64,000 nucleotides of DNA from Octopus sinensis. Taxonomy: Eukaryota. The position numbers and the translations under genes were made by a program. Positions 24,535-38,350 of the stretch are shown in pieces; positions within the stretch are counted from its first letter, which is position 1, and every line of letters starts with the position of its first letter. The DNA lies in assembly GCF_006345805.1 (NCBI RefSeq), contig NC_043001.1, positions 135,346,001 to 135,410,000 on the forward strand, given 5' to 3'. The notes beneath the pieces are model-generated. The model was given only the letters and a program-made list of their open reading frames with translations. It did not search any database and was not told the DNA's origin.

Positions 24535-25243
24535 TTTTATCTTTTACTTGTTTCAGTCATTTGACTGTGGCCATGCTGGGGCACTGGCTTGAAGGGTTTT
24601 AGTCAAACAAATCAACAGCAGGACTTATTTTTTTAAAGCTTAGTACTTATTCTATTTTCTCTTTGGTTGAACTGCTAAGTTATAGGGATGTAAACACCAA
24701 CACCGGTTGTCAAGCAATAGTAAGGGATGAAGATGGACACAAAGACACCGTGGAGGCACGTGGTTTAGTGGTTAGGGTGTTGAATTCATGATCGTAAGGT
24801 TGTGGTTTCGATTCCTGGACTTGGCGATGCATTGTGTTCTTGAGCAAAACACTTCATTTCATGTTTGCTCCAGTCCACTCAGCTGGCAAAAATGAGTAAT
24901 CTTGCGATGGACTGGCGTCCTGTCCAGGTGGGGAATTTCTCCGCCACTGAAACTGGGGAAACCGGCCCTTATGAGCCTGGCATGGCTCGAGAAGGAACAC
25001 AAAGATACCAGGCTGGGTGACAGGTATACATAACCAAGGGAGAAGCAGAAAAACACATAGATATTATATATATATATATATAATGATGGGCTTCTTTCAG
25101 TTTCTGTCTACTAAATCCACTTACAAGGCTTTGGTTGGTATGAGGCAATAGTTGAAGGCACTTGCCCAAGGTGCCATTAAGGACTGAACCTGGAACCATG
25201 TGGTTGGGAAGCAAGCTTCTTACAACACAACCATACCTGCACC
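24535..25243 (-). mobile_element. SINE family B with a nested tRNA-headed SINE (24750-25000, +)
   Basis: Family B halves separated by gtggaggcacgtggtttagtggttagggtg...ttgagcaaaacacttc...; acacaaaga(c/t)acc is repeated at both insertion ends. Confidence 0.8.
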
Positions 25244-25915
25244 GATTGTTTAGTTTTACGTATAATCACTCTTCATGCTGGAGTGTCTGAGAAAATTCTG
25301 GAATTATGTTGTGTGGTAAGTGACATATCTCATAAGGTCAGATGATGAATGGGGTGGGGGTTGTTCAGCTAGTGGCCAGGAAGCTGATTGGTTAAGAATA
25401 AAGTTCTATAGTTACAAAGTCACATGTCTGTTAAGAAGATTCTAGATTAATGCACGAGAATGTAAGGAGGATGTAGTCTCCGTGTGGAGGCAAGCAATAT
25501 GCGGAAGTCAGTCAGTGTGAAACTAATTAACACAGAACTACATTCCATGAGATGTGTATTTTGATGACACCTTGCTGTGCATGACTCTCTTCTTCTCTGG
25601 GCAAGTTGGCTTGCTGCACTGGCCTGCAGTTTCCCTACTGCTAACTTCTGCTGTTGGGGCCATGTTGGTACAGAAAGGAGGTTGCATTTTGCAACAATTT
25701 TTCTCCAGAGGCTAAATGTCAAAGAGGGTAAGTTCTTGAACTATGTACTTTTGGAGTTTAATTCCAGTGCTGGCATTCTGTTATATTCCTGAGCAAGAGG
25801 CATTACTATATCTGCTTAAGCGTAACCTTGCAATGAGATGTAGGTACCTGGATATCTGGGACTGTTATGTATCATAAACTGCTGTCTTATTTAGGGTGAA
25901 GTTTACCTTGCCTTC

Positions 25916-26165
25916 ATGAAGGTGCATGGCTTAGTGGTCAGGGTGTTGTACTAATGATCACAAAATTGTGGTTTTGATTCCTGGACTGGGTGACGCATTG
26001 TGTTCTTGAGCAAAACACTTCATTTCATGTTACTCTAATCCACTCAGCTGGCAAAAAGGGTCATCTTGCAGTGGACTGGCATCCCATTTGGGATGTGGGG
26101 GGGGGGATATGTATGCCGCAGAATCTGGGAAAATTGCCTTATAAGTCAATGACTTGAGAGAGACC
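25916..26165 (+). mobile_element. tRNA-headed SINE, same type as 24750-25000
   Basis: tggcttagtggtcagggtg...ttgagcaaaacacttcatttc...cactcagctggcaaaa. Confidence 0.75.
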
Positions 26166-26416
26166 TTTGATCTCCATTTGCCTGTTTCACATTACAAAAA
26201 CAAAACCAAACAATAATTTTTCAAAGAGACAAGTGCAATCTTCGTAACAGATATGGTATTAAATTCTTGGTCTGTGTCATTGGAATAAATCTACAAATGA
26301 TCAGTTCTTTTGGACAGACAAAATACTTTGTGGGATTTGCAGAAAGCTTAATTGCTACTTTGCTATTGATGGAGGTTACCATTCTGTGTCTGTGGCAATG
26401 TTTTTGTCAAGAGACG

Positions 26417-26624
26417 TATGATAGCATGCGGAAAAGTTCCTGGTTTTGGATAAAAGAAAATACAGGAGGATCAGTTAATTATGATTTTATCCAACATAAA
26501 CCCTTCTCAGGTTCACATACATATTGCAGCGGCCCTTCAGTTTTTCTACATCCTGTAAAAGAACTCAGAACATTGGGCCTAAAACCAGCCCTTAAAGCCA
26601 GGAACTTTTCAGCACTCCCATGTA
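26417..26624 (-). mobile_element. Mariner-derived MITE
   Basis: gaaaagttcctggtttt ... aaagccaggaacttttcagca; reverse complement of 7186-7405. Confidence 0.75.
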
Positions 26625-27357
26625 TATATGGAATTTGGTTTCTCTGCGAGATAGAAGTGACTATGGTCTATCGTACTACAAATATAATACATAGTATCAA
26701 TGACTAAACATTGTTTCTAGGTGTTGCCTCAATTGCTTGCTTGGTTACCATTTTCTATTGATTTTTTCCAACAACTCTGGGTCATGTCAAGCTACATATT
26801 GTTGGTTGGTCAGCTGATCAGCTGGTTGGCATGAACGTTCCAGGATGATGGCATGGGTGGTGATAATTATACAAAAGTATTGATGAATGACTATGATAGT
26901 CTGAGGGAGGTGGAGGGAGAATACCCATCTGTGTGACAGGAAGAGTTAAGACAAATTTACACGCGTACACACGCGCATACACATGTGCGTACACACGTGC
27001 ACACACACACATGTGAACACACACAGACATGTGCACACATGCACACACACACACACACAGAGAAAAGCAAACGAAAAAGAGATGAAAAGAAAGAGGAAAA
27101 TAGAAATAAGTGTTAGTATCTATGAACAATGGAAGTATGGGTGGTGAGAGAGAGAAAGAAAGAGAGAGAGAGAGGGGGAGAAATAGATAGACAGATAGCT
27201 AAACAGGAACGTGAGATAAATAGGGAGAGAAAGAGAGAGATAAATAGAGAAAGAGGGGAAGGAGGGAGAAGCTGGTTGCTTTAGGTATAGATTAAAAGAT
27301 GAAGAGTGAAAGACAGAAATAGGAAGGAGAGGGTTAGAAAGGTAATTTGTGTGTGTG

Positions 27358-27395
<38 letters not shown>

Positions 27396-27749
27396 AAGGT
27401 GACGACAGTGAGAATGAGAGACAAAGTGAATGAAGGAAGGATAGAGTTAGGAGAAGAAGCTTCTGGAAAATGGCAAAAACATGAAATCATTGAGAAGTGG
27501 GAAGAAATGAAATGGTGCAAAATATCAGAAGAAATAAGAATGGAATGAGGTGGAAAAGAACTGCTACAAGAATACAAGGGAAAGGTAAAAGTAAGATGCT
27601 GCTGCTGTGTAGGCACCGTGTTGCCAAAAGGGGGTCATAATGGGGTCAAATTATATCTACATAGGTGGAAAGAACATTGCTTGGTTTAATATATATACCT
27701 GTGTAATAATAATAATAAAAAAAACTAAACTTAATCAAATAGGTGTATG

Positions 27750-28385
27750 AGTGGCTGTGTGGTAAGTAGCTTGCTTCCCAGCCACATGGTTCCGGGTTCA
27801 GTCCCACTACGTGGCACCTTGGGCAAGTGTTTTCTACTATAGCCCCAGGCCGACCAATGCCTTGTGAGTGGATTTGGTAGACGGAAACTGAAAGAAGCAT
27901 GTCGTATATATATATATATATATATAAGTGTGTGTGTATATGTTTGTGTGTCTGTGTTTGTCCCCCTAGCATTGCTTGACAACCGATGCTGGTGTGTTTA
28001 CGTCCCCGTAACTTGGCGGTTCGGCAAAAGAGACCGATAGAATAAGTACTGGGCTTACAAAGAATAAGTCCCAGGGTCGATTTGCTCGACTAAAGGCGGT
28101 GCTCCAGCATGGCCGCAGTCAAATGACTGAAACAAGTAAAAGAGTAAAGAGAGTGTATGTGTGTGTATATGTTTGTGTGTCTGTGTTTGTCTCCCCAACA
28201 TTACTTGACAACCGATGGTGGTGTGTTTACATCCTCGTAACTTAGCGGTTCGGCAAAGGAGACCGATAGAATAAGTACTAGGCTTACAAAGAATAAGTCC
28301 TGGGGTCGATTTGCTCGACTAAAAGGCAGTGCTCCAGCATGGCCACAGTCAAATGACTGAAAGAAAGTAAAAGAGTAAAAAGAGT
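27750..28385 (+). mobile_element. SINE family B with a duplicated 3' half
   Basis: Full copy to about 28153, then a second 3' half at 28154-28385. Confidence 0.88.
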
Positions 28386-28666
28386 ATCCATACCAGTATA
28401 GTCAAATATGTACTTGTGTAATCTAAAACAGCCAAGTTTATGAAATAAATTATTATCCGTTTAATGTCCACTTTGCTATGCTTGCATGGATCATACAGAA
28501 TTTGTTGAGGCAAATTTTCTGCAGTTGGATGCCTTTCTTGTCACTAAACCTCATCTGTTTCCAAGCAAGGTAATATTTCCCCGTGGCTGGACATTTTCAC
28601 AGAAAACTGCAAAGAACACAACTTGTATGAGTGAATTTTGCTTATAACTATCATGTAAGGTGAAGA

Positions 28667-29052
28667 GTGGAGGCGCAATGGCCCAGTGGTTAGGACAGCG
28701 GACTCGCGGTCATAGGATCGTGGTTTTGATACCCAGACCGGGCGTTGTAAGTGTTTATTGAGCGAAAACACCTAAAGCTCCACGAGGCTCCGGCAGGGGA
28801 TGGTGGTGATCCCTGCTGTACTCTTTCACCACAACTTTCTCTCACTCTTACTTCCTGTTTCTGTTGTACCTGTATTTCAAGGGGCTGGCCTTGTCACTCT
28901 CTGTGTCATGCTGAATATCCCCGAGAACTATGTTAAGGGTACACGTGTCTGTGGAGTGCTCAGCCACTTACACGTTAATTTCACGAGCAGGCTGTTCCGT
29001 CGATTCGGATCAACTGGAACCCTCGTCGTCGTAACCGACGGAGTGCTTCCAA
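28667..29052 (+). mobile_element. SINE family D, full length
   Basis: gtggaggcgcaatggcccagtggttaggacagcggactcgcgg...; matches 6667-7033. Confidence 0.88.
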
Positions 29053-31452
29053 TCCAAGGTGACGACAAGGACATTCGCACACACATAGAGTTTCCATCTA
29101 CCAAGTCCACTTACAAGGCTATTTGTGGACCAGGGGCAAAAGGAGATGACACTTATCCAAGGTGACATGTAGTGGAACTGAACCTGAGACCATGCGGTTG
29201 GGAAGTGATCTTCTTAACCATGCAGCTATGCCTGTGCCTATCTGTTTTCTCCAAAACAAACCAGTCTGTATCTTTCTCCCATGTGTGCCAGTGTAATTCT
29301 ATCTCAATGTATCCCACATTTCTGAACTCAGTAAACATGATTCTAATAAAGAGAACCGGGAGCAATTTTGCTATCTATGCTGGCATTTCAGTTCATTTAA
29401 CCACAGTTAATCATTGGTTCCCTAATTCCTGTAAAGGGGTATAGTCATTAAGAATGTTGGTTAGAATGTCTCATGGAATTTTTTCCAACAGTCTGTACTC
29501 AGTTCAAATCCTGTGGATGTCAACTTTGCCTTTTATCCTTTCGGGATTAGTAAAAAAAGAGTATCAGTTCAGATCAGTGGATTTGTAGAACTTGTTGGAG
29601 GGTTGGGTAAAATGCTTTGTGTTCGGTCTTTGATAATCTGAGTGACATCCTGAAACGTTTTGAGCGTATTGGGCCTATTTGGTAAAGTATAGTTTTATCA
29701 ATATTTACAAGAGAGAGAGAGAGAGAGAGAGAGATAATGTGATAACTTGAATCACTGTAGAGTGGGCTGGGGTATAGTAAGGAAGCCTACAGCATGTAAA
29801 ATAGATAGCAAAGTGAGAACGAAAATACTTTAGTCACACCAATCAGTATTTATTTATTCTATAAAAAATCTATAAATCTTTTGGCCATCTTAGATTTGAC
29901 TATACTGATAAGACTATATTTGGCTGTGATGGATCCAACAAAACTCTACATACAGGGGAAAAGTGGGGAGTAGTAGTAGTAGTAGTAAGTATCTATAACT
30001 GCTTAGTTGTGAAGAGACTGAATTGCACAAGTATTGGGTTATATACTGACTAGTCATCATCGTCTACATTTAACATTTTCTTTTCATGCTGGCATGGGTT
30101 GGACAGCTTGATAGAAACTTGCAAGACTAGGGGCCAAACAAGGTTTCATAGTCTGCTTTGGCTTGGTTTCTATGGTTGGATGCCCTCTCTAATGCCAACC
30201 ACTCTACAGAGTGTACCAGGTGTATTTTATGTGGCACTATCACCAGTGCTTTTTACATGGCACCAGCACCCACACCAATGCTTTTGCATGGCACATTGGT
30301 TTTAGGATCTCAATTCTGTTGTGAGGCATTTCCTTGAGTCTCTGGGATAAAATACTCTCCTGTATTTTCTTCCAGTTCACCCAAATGTCGGAAGAGAGAC
30401 AGGGTAGTGTCTATGATCTTTCTAGAGTATTCAGGGCTGATGTTGCTGGAGTCAATTTTGAATATACAAGATAGAGGTTGTGTTTAGTTGCAGAAAAATA
30501 AAAAATACTTGGATAGGGAAGGAATTTCAGGAGTTAGAAGAAATGTTTTAGTGCAGGGACTGGAAGTTGAGACACAGAATGGGTGATTGTTCTGTGTTCT
30601 TCAAAACCACGTAGCCAAGGAGGAAAGACCAGCACTCATAACCCCTCTTTCTTTTTTTTCCTTTTTGTTTGGTAGTGCCTCTAAGACTAGTTAAATGAAG
30701 GTTTATCCTCAAACCAAAGACCTGGATAATTACAACAGAGTGAACTCTACTAAATGCACTCAAATAGTGTTGTTAAACCACGCCACTGATTAAGTTTAAC
30801 ATCAAAGAACATAGAATGCAAATTACCTATTTCACCTGTTTTACCTAGACAATCAGATATTGTTATACCCTTCTGGTCACAATGAGCTTCCATTTCTTTC
30901 TTGATTGTACTCTTCTTTTCCATCTTGGCTCAAATTATTTTACTAAATCTTCTTTCTGTCACTGTGGAAGCCTTCCAAGTGGCTTTTGCTAATCTTATGG
31001 GTACCACTCAGAGAATGCAAACAGCCAGAACAAATAGCTCAATACATTCATCTGAGACTCTGACACTTCCATCAATCCAATTCCCTGGTCTGATATGGCA
31101 CTTTATTTTATTGACCCAGGAATGATCAAAGACAAAATGAACCTTCATGAAATTTGAACTCGGAGCACACAGAACAAGCAACACACAGCACCAGGTATTT
31201 CATCCTGTGCTCTAAACGTTCTGCCAAAGTCATTGATGAGAGGTGAGCTAATATTTTGTATAGATATACAGATATATACGTGTGTGGTATATAGAACTTT
31301 CTTTCAAATGTTTGCCAATTTTTTGATAGAATGGACTGACCCAGCTAACAGACGTGTTTTGAATGCTGGAATAGATTTTTGTACAAATTGTTTTGTCTCA
31401 CTGATGGAGTTGTTAATTCAACCGAGACATCTTGATGTCTGAACAACCAGTC

Positions 31453-31676
31453 ATATATATTATATATATATATATTATATGTATATATATGTATATATAT
31501 ATATGTATATATATATATATTATATATATATATGTATATATATGTATATATATATACACACACACATACATTATATATATATATATTATATATATACACA
31601 CACGCATACATTATATGTATATGTATATATGTATATATATACACACACACATACATTATATATATATATATTATAT

Positions 31677-31724
<48 letters not shown>

Positions 31725-31739
31725 TACATTTTATATATA

Positions 31740-31798
<59 letters not shown>

Positions 31799-31810
31799 GT
31801 ATATACTTTA
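31453..31810. repeat. (TA)n-rich compound microsatellite
   Basis: Directly visible. Confidence 0.95.
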
Positions 31811-31918
31811 TATTTATTTGTATACTTTTATGAAGGGTCATATACTTAAGTGTTGCTAAATATACAAGTTCTGATCAAGTTAGTACTTCAGTGGTGGTAT
31901 AACACATGCTTATTATCC

Positions 31919-31969
<51 letters not shown>

Positions 31970-32352
31970 ACCATTAATATTTATATCAATAATATGGCAG
32001 ACGCATTAACATCTTTCTCACCACCACCACCACCATCACTGTATTTAATGTCTTACCCACCTTCAGTAGAAATATCTTGTACAAAGCAACTAATACAAAC
32101 ATTAAATGGGCGTGGTGAGGGCTTCATCAACATCTGGGCTGAGTAAAATAAATAACTACCTTGTTATATGTTTGTCAATGTGTTCATATCAATATCAATA
32201 TCTATGTATCTGTCTAACACTTATATACATGTATATATGATCCCTAAGTAGCAATTCATACAGACTCAACTTTGAATATATCTTATTCCATTCTACCAAA
32301 TGAGTATTTTTCTTATTCAATTGCATTTCATCCACTCATGAAACCACCACCC

Positions 32353-32385
<33 letters not shown>

Positions 32386-32856
32386 CTTTTATCTTTTGCT
32401 TGCTTTAGTCATTTGACTGTGGCCACACTGGGACACTGCCTTAAAGGGTTTTAGTCAAAGAAATCAACGCCAGGAGTTATTCTTTTTTAAGCCTAGTACT
32501 TGTTCTATCAGTCTCTTTTGCCAAACCACTAAGTTATGGCGGCGTAAACACACCAACACCAGTGGTCAAAATGATGGTAGAAGGATATAACATACATATA
32601 TTGTCCACGCTGGCATGGGTTGAATGGTTTGACCAGGACTGGCAAGCTGGAAGGCTGCACCAGACTCCAGTCTGTTTTGGCAAGATTTCTATGGGTGGAT
32701 GCCCTTCATAATGCCAACCACTCCAAGAATATAATGGGTGCTTTTATGTGCCAGCCACTCCAAGAATATAATGAGTGCCATTTGTGTGATACATACACAC
32801 ACACATATAAATACATACACAAACACACATACACACACACACACACATACACACAC

Positions 32857-32915
<59 letters not shown>

Positions 32916-33114
32916 CATATATATACATATCTATGTATTTATGTATGAGTGTGTTTTATCTTTTAGTCAGGAAGGAAAGCAATGTACATGATAGTTTGCA
33001 GAACTTCTTACAATGATGGAAGAGGGCCAATTGTATCCTCTGATTAGAAACCTGGCCCAAATGTTTGAACAGAGTGGCCTCCTTTGAAGGAATCCAATAT
33101 GCCACAATGTGGCT

Positions 33115-33512
33115 TTAACCCTTTAACATCCAAACCAGTCATATCTGGCCAACATATTCTCCTTGTTTTCTGTTCAAACCATCCAAATCCATCCTCGCAC
33201 ACATTTCCAATACTGTTATTCTAAAAATTTACAATCACTCATTGAAATCTTGAAGTTATGAAATAATTCATGATTAATTCAAAACAATATGAATAAATAA
33301 ACATAAAGCACCCACTACACTCACGGAGTGGTTGGCGTTCGGAAGGGCATCCAGCCGTAGAAACACTGCCAGATTTGACTGGGCCTGATGAAGCCTTCTG
33401 GCTTCACAGACCCCAGTCGAACCATCCAACCCATGCTAGCATAGAAAACGGACGCTAAACGATGAACGACGAATGATGATTTGACAAAGAAATCTGTATG
33501 CTAAAGGGTTAA
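33115..33512. mobile_element. TTAA-flanked MITE with a nested SINE C fragment (33307-33480)
   Basis: TTAAccctttaacat ... atgctaaagggTTAA. Confidence 0.8.
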
Positions 33513-33705
33513 ATTGGGTGAGAAATTAAGTATACTGTTCAAGGTAGACTTATGTAAATATGGGAGCATGTATATATATGTATATGTGTTTGTATACATA
33601 CATATATGTATTAGTGATTTGATACAGAAATGCTTTACTTGAAGTTACACAGATGCAAAAAACACCTGCTTACATAAAATAACACTTACACAAATACATT
33701 TAGTT

Positions 33706-33781
<76 letters not shown>

Positions 33782-34222
33782 TCACACACACACACAGACA
33801 CACACATACACACACGCATGCATATACTTGCAGCTCACAGACAAGATGACTCAAACATAGATTATAAGAACCAGAAATAGCTATCAAAAATCTGCGATGT
33901 CACATTCTACTATCTTTAAAGAAAAAGAAAGGACACATTAGATGATGCAGTCTTGGATACACTATATCTGAAAGAAAACTCAGATGGGATGGTCATGGAT
34001 CGAGTCTGTGTGATCACAAGCCTACTTGAACAAGGTTGATATGAAGTTAAAGAACAACACCAACACAAACACACAACAGGTTTACACACGTTCTGTTGGT
34101 GACCTTGTTCTGTGGTTGCTACTGATGGGAATTCTTCTAGCAGCAGAACACCTGCCCGGAAGCAAATAACAACCAATATTCATGATTATCAAGCAGACAA
34201 GCTTTACTGATTATATTCTTAC

Positions 34223-34463
34223 TCAGTTAAAACCCACCTCTTTTGATTTTACTAAAATTCTTTTAATGGTTCATTGAGCAATCGGTGTAAATACTTCTCT
34301 CGGTTCTCCATAGATATGTCTGAATTATTCCCTCTTTCTACACTACACCGTTCGACTGAATGTTTGTCTTGCTGCGAAAATATGCTGCAATCCTCAAGTG
34401 TAATCGAATATACTTGCAGACATTGACTGAAGGTCAGCGTTTCTTTAGGCATGCATGACTTCA
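34223..34463 (-). CDS. Candidate stop-containing exon of an unknown gene
   Basis: Acceptor ctatttcag| at 34464; one open frame (VKSCMPKETL...LLNEPLKEF*) ending at 34252; donor TGA|gtaaga at 34222; non-repetitive and CpG-richer than flanks; no recognisable protein family. Confidence 0.25.
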
Positions 34464-35170
34464 CTGAAATAGATTTAGGAAAGCAGATTTCTTTAATGTA
34501 TCAGCAGATGAATGAAACAAGCAAGGAGATTTCAGAGATGAGGTTGTGCCCTGCATTAGACATCTGCAAGAAACATGGCAGAATAGACATACAAAGTGTG
34601 AGAGAAAAGAAACGGTCCCTTTAAGAAAGGATCCATTCTGCCAAAAATAGTGCAGACTGTTTCACTAGAAAATGAGTAATTGTAGAAAAGTAAGGAATTT
34701 TAAAGTAGGTAAAAATGACTTCATGTTTGATTATTGTAGTTATTACTTTACCTGTTATTGTAAAGTGGGTGTATAAAGTGTTGACGGAGTGTTTATACAG
34801 AGATAATTGCAGATTTTCTGTCATATTGTATGTATATTGTAGATCAAATTTGCATTGAGTGATGTGGTTCATCTCATTTCCTGTGTTATCCTATCATCTC
34901 TATTGCGTGTGTGAGTGTGTACAACTGTACATGTGCCATGTGTGTATGTATGTATGATTGTGTGTATATGAGTGAGCTTGTGCATGTGTGTATGTGTGTG
35001 TGTGTGTGTTACTAGGTATTTACATACACGTATGGATATGTACATGTCTGATCTGATAACTATTGACCTGCTTCTAAAATATCCAAAGACCCATCTAATG
35101 GTCTAAAACTTCATTCAGTCAATAGCCATTCTATACTGTCTATATGCATGTGTGTGTGTGTGTGTGTGTG

Positions 35171-36090
35171 TATTCAGGGTGTTTGGGCTAAATATGACAA
35201 TTTGCATAAAAGGAAAAAAACCCCACAATATCTCATTCAAAAATGAAAGAATTTAAAAAATCAAAAAATATTAACTAGATTATGGCTGGGAGATAACAGT
35301 TTACTCAAAGTAGCTGCCATCAGCTTCCATCACAAGCTCAAGATGGCTCTGGAACCTGGTAAATGTATTCTTCAATGTCTCTGGGAAGGCAAACTCTTCC
35401 TTGATCTTAGCCATCAGCTTCATCTTTGTATTGCTGGTAGAGTGATTATTGTCTTTCTCAACCATGCCCCGCACATTGTAATCCATGTGATTATAACCAG
35501 GGGAATTAGGAGGCCTGAAAATGGGGCCAGTAAAGTCATACAAATTCTCTGACAACCACTTACTCTTTACTCTCTTTTACTTGTTTCAGTCATTAGACTG
35601 TGGCCATGCTGCAGCACCGCCTTTAGTCAAGTAAATTGACCCCAGGACTTATTCTTCGTAAGCCTAGCACTTATTCTATCAGTCTCTCTTACCGAACCAC
35701 TAAGTTACAAGGATGTAAACACACCATCATCGGTTGTCAAGCGATGTTGTGGGGACAAACACAGACACACAAACATATACACACACAAATACATACACAC
35801 ACACACACATATATATACACATATATACGATGGGCTTCTTTCAGTTTCCCTCTACCAAATCCACTCACAAGGCTTTGGTCAGCCCGAGGCTATAGTAGAA
35901 GACACTTACCCAAGGTGCCACGCAGTGGGACTGAACCCAGAACCATGTGGTTGGTAAGCAAGCTACTTACCACACAGCCACTCCTACGCCTACTTCTGAC
36001 TCTTTCTGAAAGTATGGCCAGAGGTTGAATCCTGCTGCCATACATATAGCCTTCCAGCAGCAGCCCTCTACAGCCGGGGTTTGACTACAG
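35171..36090 (-). pseudogene. Decayed Tc1/mariner (maT-like) transposase 3' half with TIR, split by a SINE
   Basis: VVKP...YVWQQDS...HT.RKSQK | WLSENLYDF...PPNSPG.N.MDY.V.G.VE...RFQSHLE.V.EADGSYFE*; terminal cagggtgtttgggctaaat at about 35175. Confidence 0.85.
35562..35990 (-). mobile_element. SINE family B inserted in the transposase
   Basis: Full reverse-complement family B match. Confidence 0.88.
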
Positions 36091-36276
36091 CTTCATATAG
36101 CTGTCATAACTGAGCCTAAGGTCCTGTTTAAAGATGTGGAGATGAATTCTGGCATGAAGACACAGTCAGAACACCTGCTGTGCCACTCCCTGAAGGCCAT
36201 GGCTTTGTAGTCTCTGTTGCAGCTGTCCATGTCACATTGAATAGCCTTGTACAGATGCAGGGGCAGCAGCAACAGC

Positions 36277-36960
36277 AGCCGTTCAAGAATTTGGACCTGG
36301 AGATCTCCATTTCCAGCAACTTCGAGGGCCACCTCCGAGTGGTGTCGGGCGTCAACGAAGAACCCTCGACTACAACAAGATGACCAAAGTTTTTTTTTTT
36401 TCTTTCCAAGGTCTGGGGTCTCCTGCCCCTAAGCCCTAGACCATCCCCTAATCACCCTTACCTGTCTTGTTGCTTAACAACAACAACAACAGCAGCAACA
36501 ACAGGAGCAGTAGCAACAGCTGCAGTAGCAACAGCCACAGAGGCAGCAATTACAGGAGCAGCAGCAGCAACCACAGAAGCAGCAACAGCAGGTTCAGCTG
36601 GAGGAGAAGGAGGAGGAGTAGGAGCAGCAGCAGGAGGATCAGCTGTAGCAGGAGCAGCATGTGCAGCAGCAGCAGTAGCAACAGAAGCAACAATAGCAGG
36701 AGGAGCAACAGCAGCAGAATGTGCAGCAGCAGCAGCAGTAGCCATTCAAGAATTTGGACCTTGAGATCTTCATTTCCAGCGACTTTGAGGGCCACTTCCC
36801 AGTGGTGTCGGGTGTTAATGAAGAGCCCTCGACTACAAGTCGACCAAAGTTTTTTTTTTCCAAGGTCTGGGGTCTCCCGCCCCTAAGCCCTACACCATCA
36901 TCTAATCACCCTTACCCGTCTTGTTGCTTAGCAACAACAGCAACAGCAACAACAACAGCC
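36277..36960. repeat. ~200-bp direct duplication around a degenerate (CAG/CAA/GAG)n tract
   Basis: 36277-36480 resembles 36739-36945 (ttcaagaatttggacct...cacccttacc...gtcttgttgctta). Confidence 0.85.
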
Positions 36961-37539
36961 ACTGTCATTTTAACGTCCACTTTTCCATACCTCCCCAGGT
37001 TAGATGTAGTTTATTGAGGTAGACTATTAAACAGCTGGATGCCCTTCATGTCCCCAACCTACACCTGTTTCAAAGCCCAGTTATATATCCTTATGGTGAA
37101 ACATATTCTTACAGAATATTGAAAAATGAACGACACTGCTTGTATGACAGTGGCAATCATTTACAACTATCACACACTATCAAAAAAAGATGATGCAAGT
37201 GCATGATCACACACACACACATGCACATACATGCACTTATGTACACACATTGGGCTTCTTTCAGTTTCCTTCTACCAAATCTATTCAAAGCTTTGGTCAT
37301 TTCAGTGCTATAGTAGAAGAAATTTGCCCAAAGTGTTATACAGTGGGATTGAACCTGAAACCATGTAACTGAGAAGCAAACTTCTTACCACACTGATTAA
37401 GTACCAGTGAAACACTGGGGTTGATGTAATCGACTAGTTCCCTCCCCCACAATTTCAGGCCTTATGCCCATAGTAGAAAAGATTAATTGCAATATCCAAT
37501 CCTTCTTCCTCAGGACATCAGTCTTCTGGAATCTGTGAA

Positions 37540-37800
37540 GGTGGCAATCTGGCAGAATCGTTAGCAAAGGTGGCGATCTGGCAGAATCGTTAGCCCGTCG
37601 GGCGAAATGCTTAGTGGCATTTCGTCTGCCGTTATGTTCTGAGTTCAAATTCCGCCGAGGTCGACTTTGCCTTTCATCCTTTCGGGGTTGATTAAATAAG
37701 TACCAGTTACACACAGGGGTCGATATAATCAACTTAATCCATTTGTCTGTCCTGGTTTGTCCCCCTCTGTGTGTAGCCCCTTGTGGGCAATAAAGAAATA
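37540..37800 (+). mobile_element. SINE family A with a doubled head
   Basis: aaggtggc(a/g)atctggcagaatcgttagc occurs twice, then the standard body. Confidence 0.85.
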
Positions 37801-37962
37801 AGGATCTTCTGGAATTTCCTCCCTTCTCATGTGTTTCCTGCTGGTGTGGGCCTGCAATAGTTTTAAATAGAACATCAACAACATCAGTTTTAAAGGGCCC
37901 GCAAAAAGTTATGCGCTCTTCCCTTTTCCTTCAGACTCAGAAAATATAAAAAAATAAAAAAC

Positions 37963-38350
37963 AGGCGCAGGAGTGGCTGTGTGGAAAGTAGCTTGCTAAC
38001 CAACCACATGGTTCCGGGTTCAGTCCCACTGCGTGGCATCTTGGGCAAGTGTCTTCTGCTATAGCCTCAGGCCGACCAAAGCCTTGTGAGTGGATTTGGT
38101 AGACGGAAACTGAAAGAAGCCTGTCGTATATATGTATATATATGTGTATGTGTGTGTGTTTGTGTGTCTGTGTTTGTGTGTCTGTGTTTGTCCCCCTAGC
38201 ATTGCTTGACAACCGATGGTGATGTGTTTACGTCCCCATCACTTAGCGGTTCGGCAAAAGAGACCGATAGAATAAGTACTGGGGCTTACAAAGAATAAGT
38301 CCCGGGGTCGATTTGCTCGACTAAAGGTGGTGCTCCAGCATGGCCGCAGT
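37963..38350 (+). mobile_element. SINE family B
   Basis: Family B match. Confidence 0.88.

Noticed and set aside
25709-25727. Possible 19-nt micro-exon (ttctccag|...|gtaag)
   Set aside because: Splice-like motifs at this spacing arise by chance, and there are no supporting neighbouring exons.
28667-28745. tRNA gene-like sequence (also 6667, 24750 and the heads of SINE A and B)
   Set aside because: Each continues directly into a SINE body and lacks a clean cloverleaf and terminator, so these are SINE heads.
33384-33412. CUGAUGA followed by a hairpin (also about 47368)
   Set aside because: It is a point variant of the SINE C sequence cctggtgcagcc and has no GAAA or stem III.
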